A program made the translations under genes and the position numbers. Positions 63,508-64,000 of a stretch of 64,000 bases of DNA are shown here, one piece after another. Below the pieces are notes generated by a model. It saw only the letters and a list, made by a program, of their open reading frames with translations, was not told the DNA's origin and did no database searches. Source of the stretch: Felis catus (taxonomy: Eukaryota); the NCBI RefSeq assembly GCF_018350175.1, contig NC_058373.1, positions 105,340,001 to 105,404,000 on the forward strand, in the 5' to 3' direction. Position 1 is the first letter of the stretch. Each line of letters opens with the position of its first letter.

Positions 63508-64000
63508 GGGACATCATTGGGGGGGGGGGGGGGGAGGATGGGCTGTTGTCTAGTCACCCAGGAGCAAGGTGGCGGCTTCTTTTTCTGTGTGACAGTTCCC
63601 TGGAATGCTTTTCCTTTTGTTGAGGTAAATTATGTCTCGTCTTCATCATGTAGGGACACTAGTGCCTTTGATGGAAGGTAAAGAATGTTTTGCTGGTTAG
63701 GAGTAAATACTGAGTTTTGCTGGTGGTGATAGTGAACGAGTTTTGTGGTAGCAGGTGATTTTTATTTGAAATACTCTGAGCATCGGTGAAGGCGCAGGTT
63801 TCGATGCTCAAGTCTTACTGCGATGAGATTCAGATTACTTTTGACCTGAAGGTCAGGTGGATGGAATTTAGGACATACATTTGCTTCTTGGGTCTTTAGG
63901 GCAGCGTCTCCACGAGAGTTTTCCGGTTGAGAGGCATCGCATACAAGTGTGTGAAGTAGGTACGTCGGACAGTCATTGTTTTCCGGAATTTTTTATACCG
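63508..64000 (+). other. DACT1: DACT1 3' UTR (partial, continues past the window)
   Basis: Follows the stop codon. No AATAAA seen before the window end. Confidence 0.75.

Overview
This is mammalian genomic DNA, almost certainly from a felid: it is dense in near-identical Felidae-type CanSINEs and carnivore L1. About 54 kb of gene-free, repeat-rich upstream sequence is followed by the complete four-exon coding region of DACT1 (Dapper homolog 1, a Dishevelled-binding Wnt regulator) on the + strand. The CDS is 54546-54890, 57123-57255, 58005-58160 and 61619-63507, giving 840 aa ending in the PDZ-binding motif MTTV. An in-frame alternative acceptor at 61730 gives 803 aa. CpG islands cover exon 1 and the 3' half of exon 4. 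The upstream region holds CanSINEs, L1 fragments, MaLR/ERVL LTRs, MIR/L2 and DNA transposon fossils. One of these is a near full-length hAT (Blackjack-type) transposase fossil at ~27.9-33.0 kb, split by nested younger insertions. I found no evidence of a wholly new biological system. The best second-look items are an in-frame uORF before DACT1, a TCF/LEF site pair upstream, inverted SINEs near the alternative acceptor, an apparent GC-driven shift in exon 4, two serial-insertion hotspots and a polyadenylated LTR fragment. Repeat family names and human comparisons come from memory, not database searches, and repeat boundaries are approximate.
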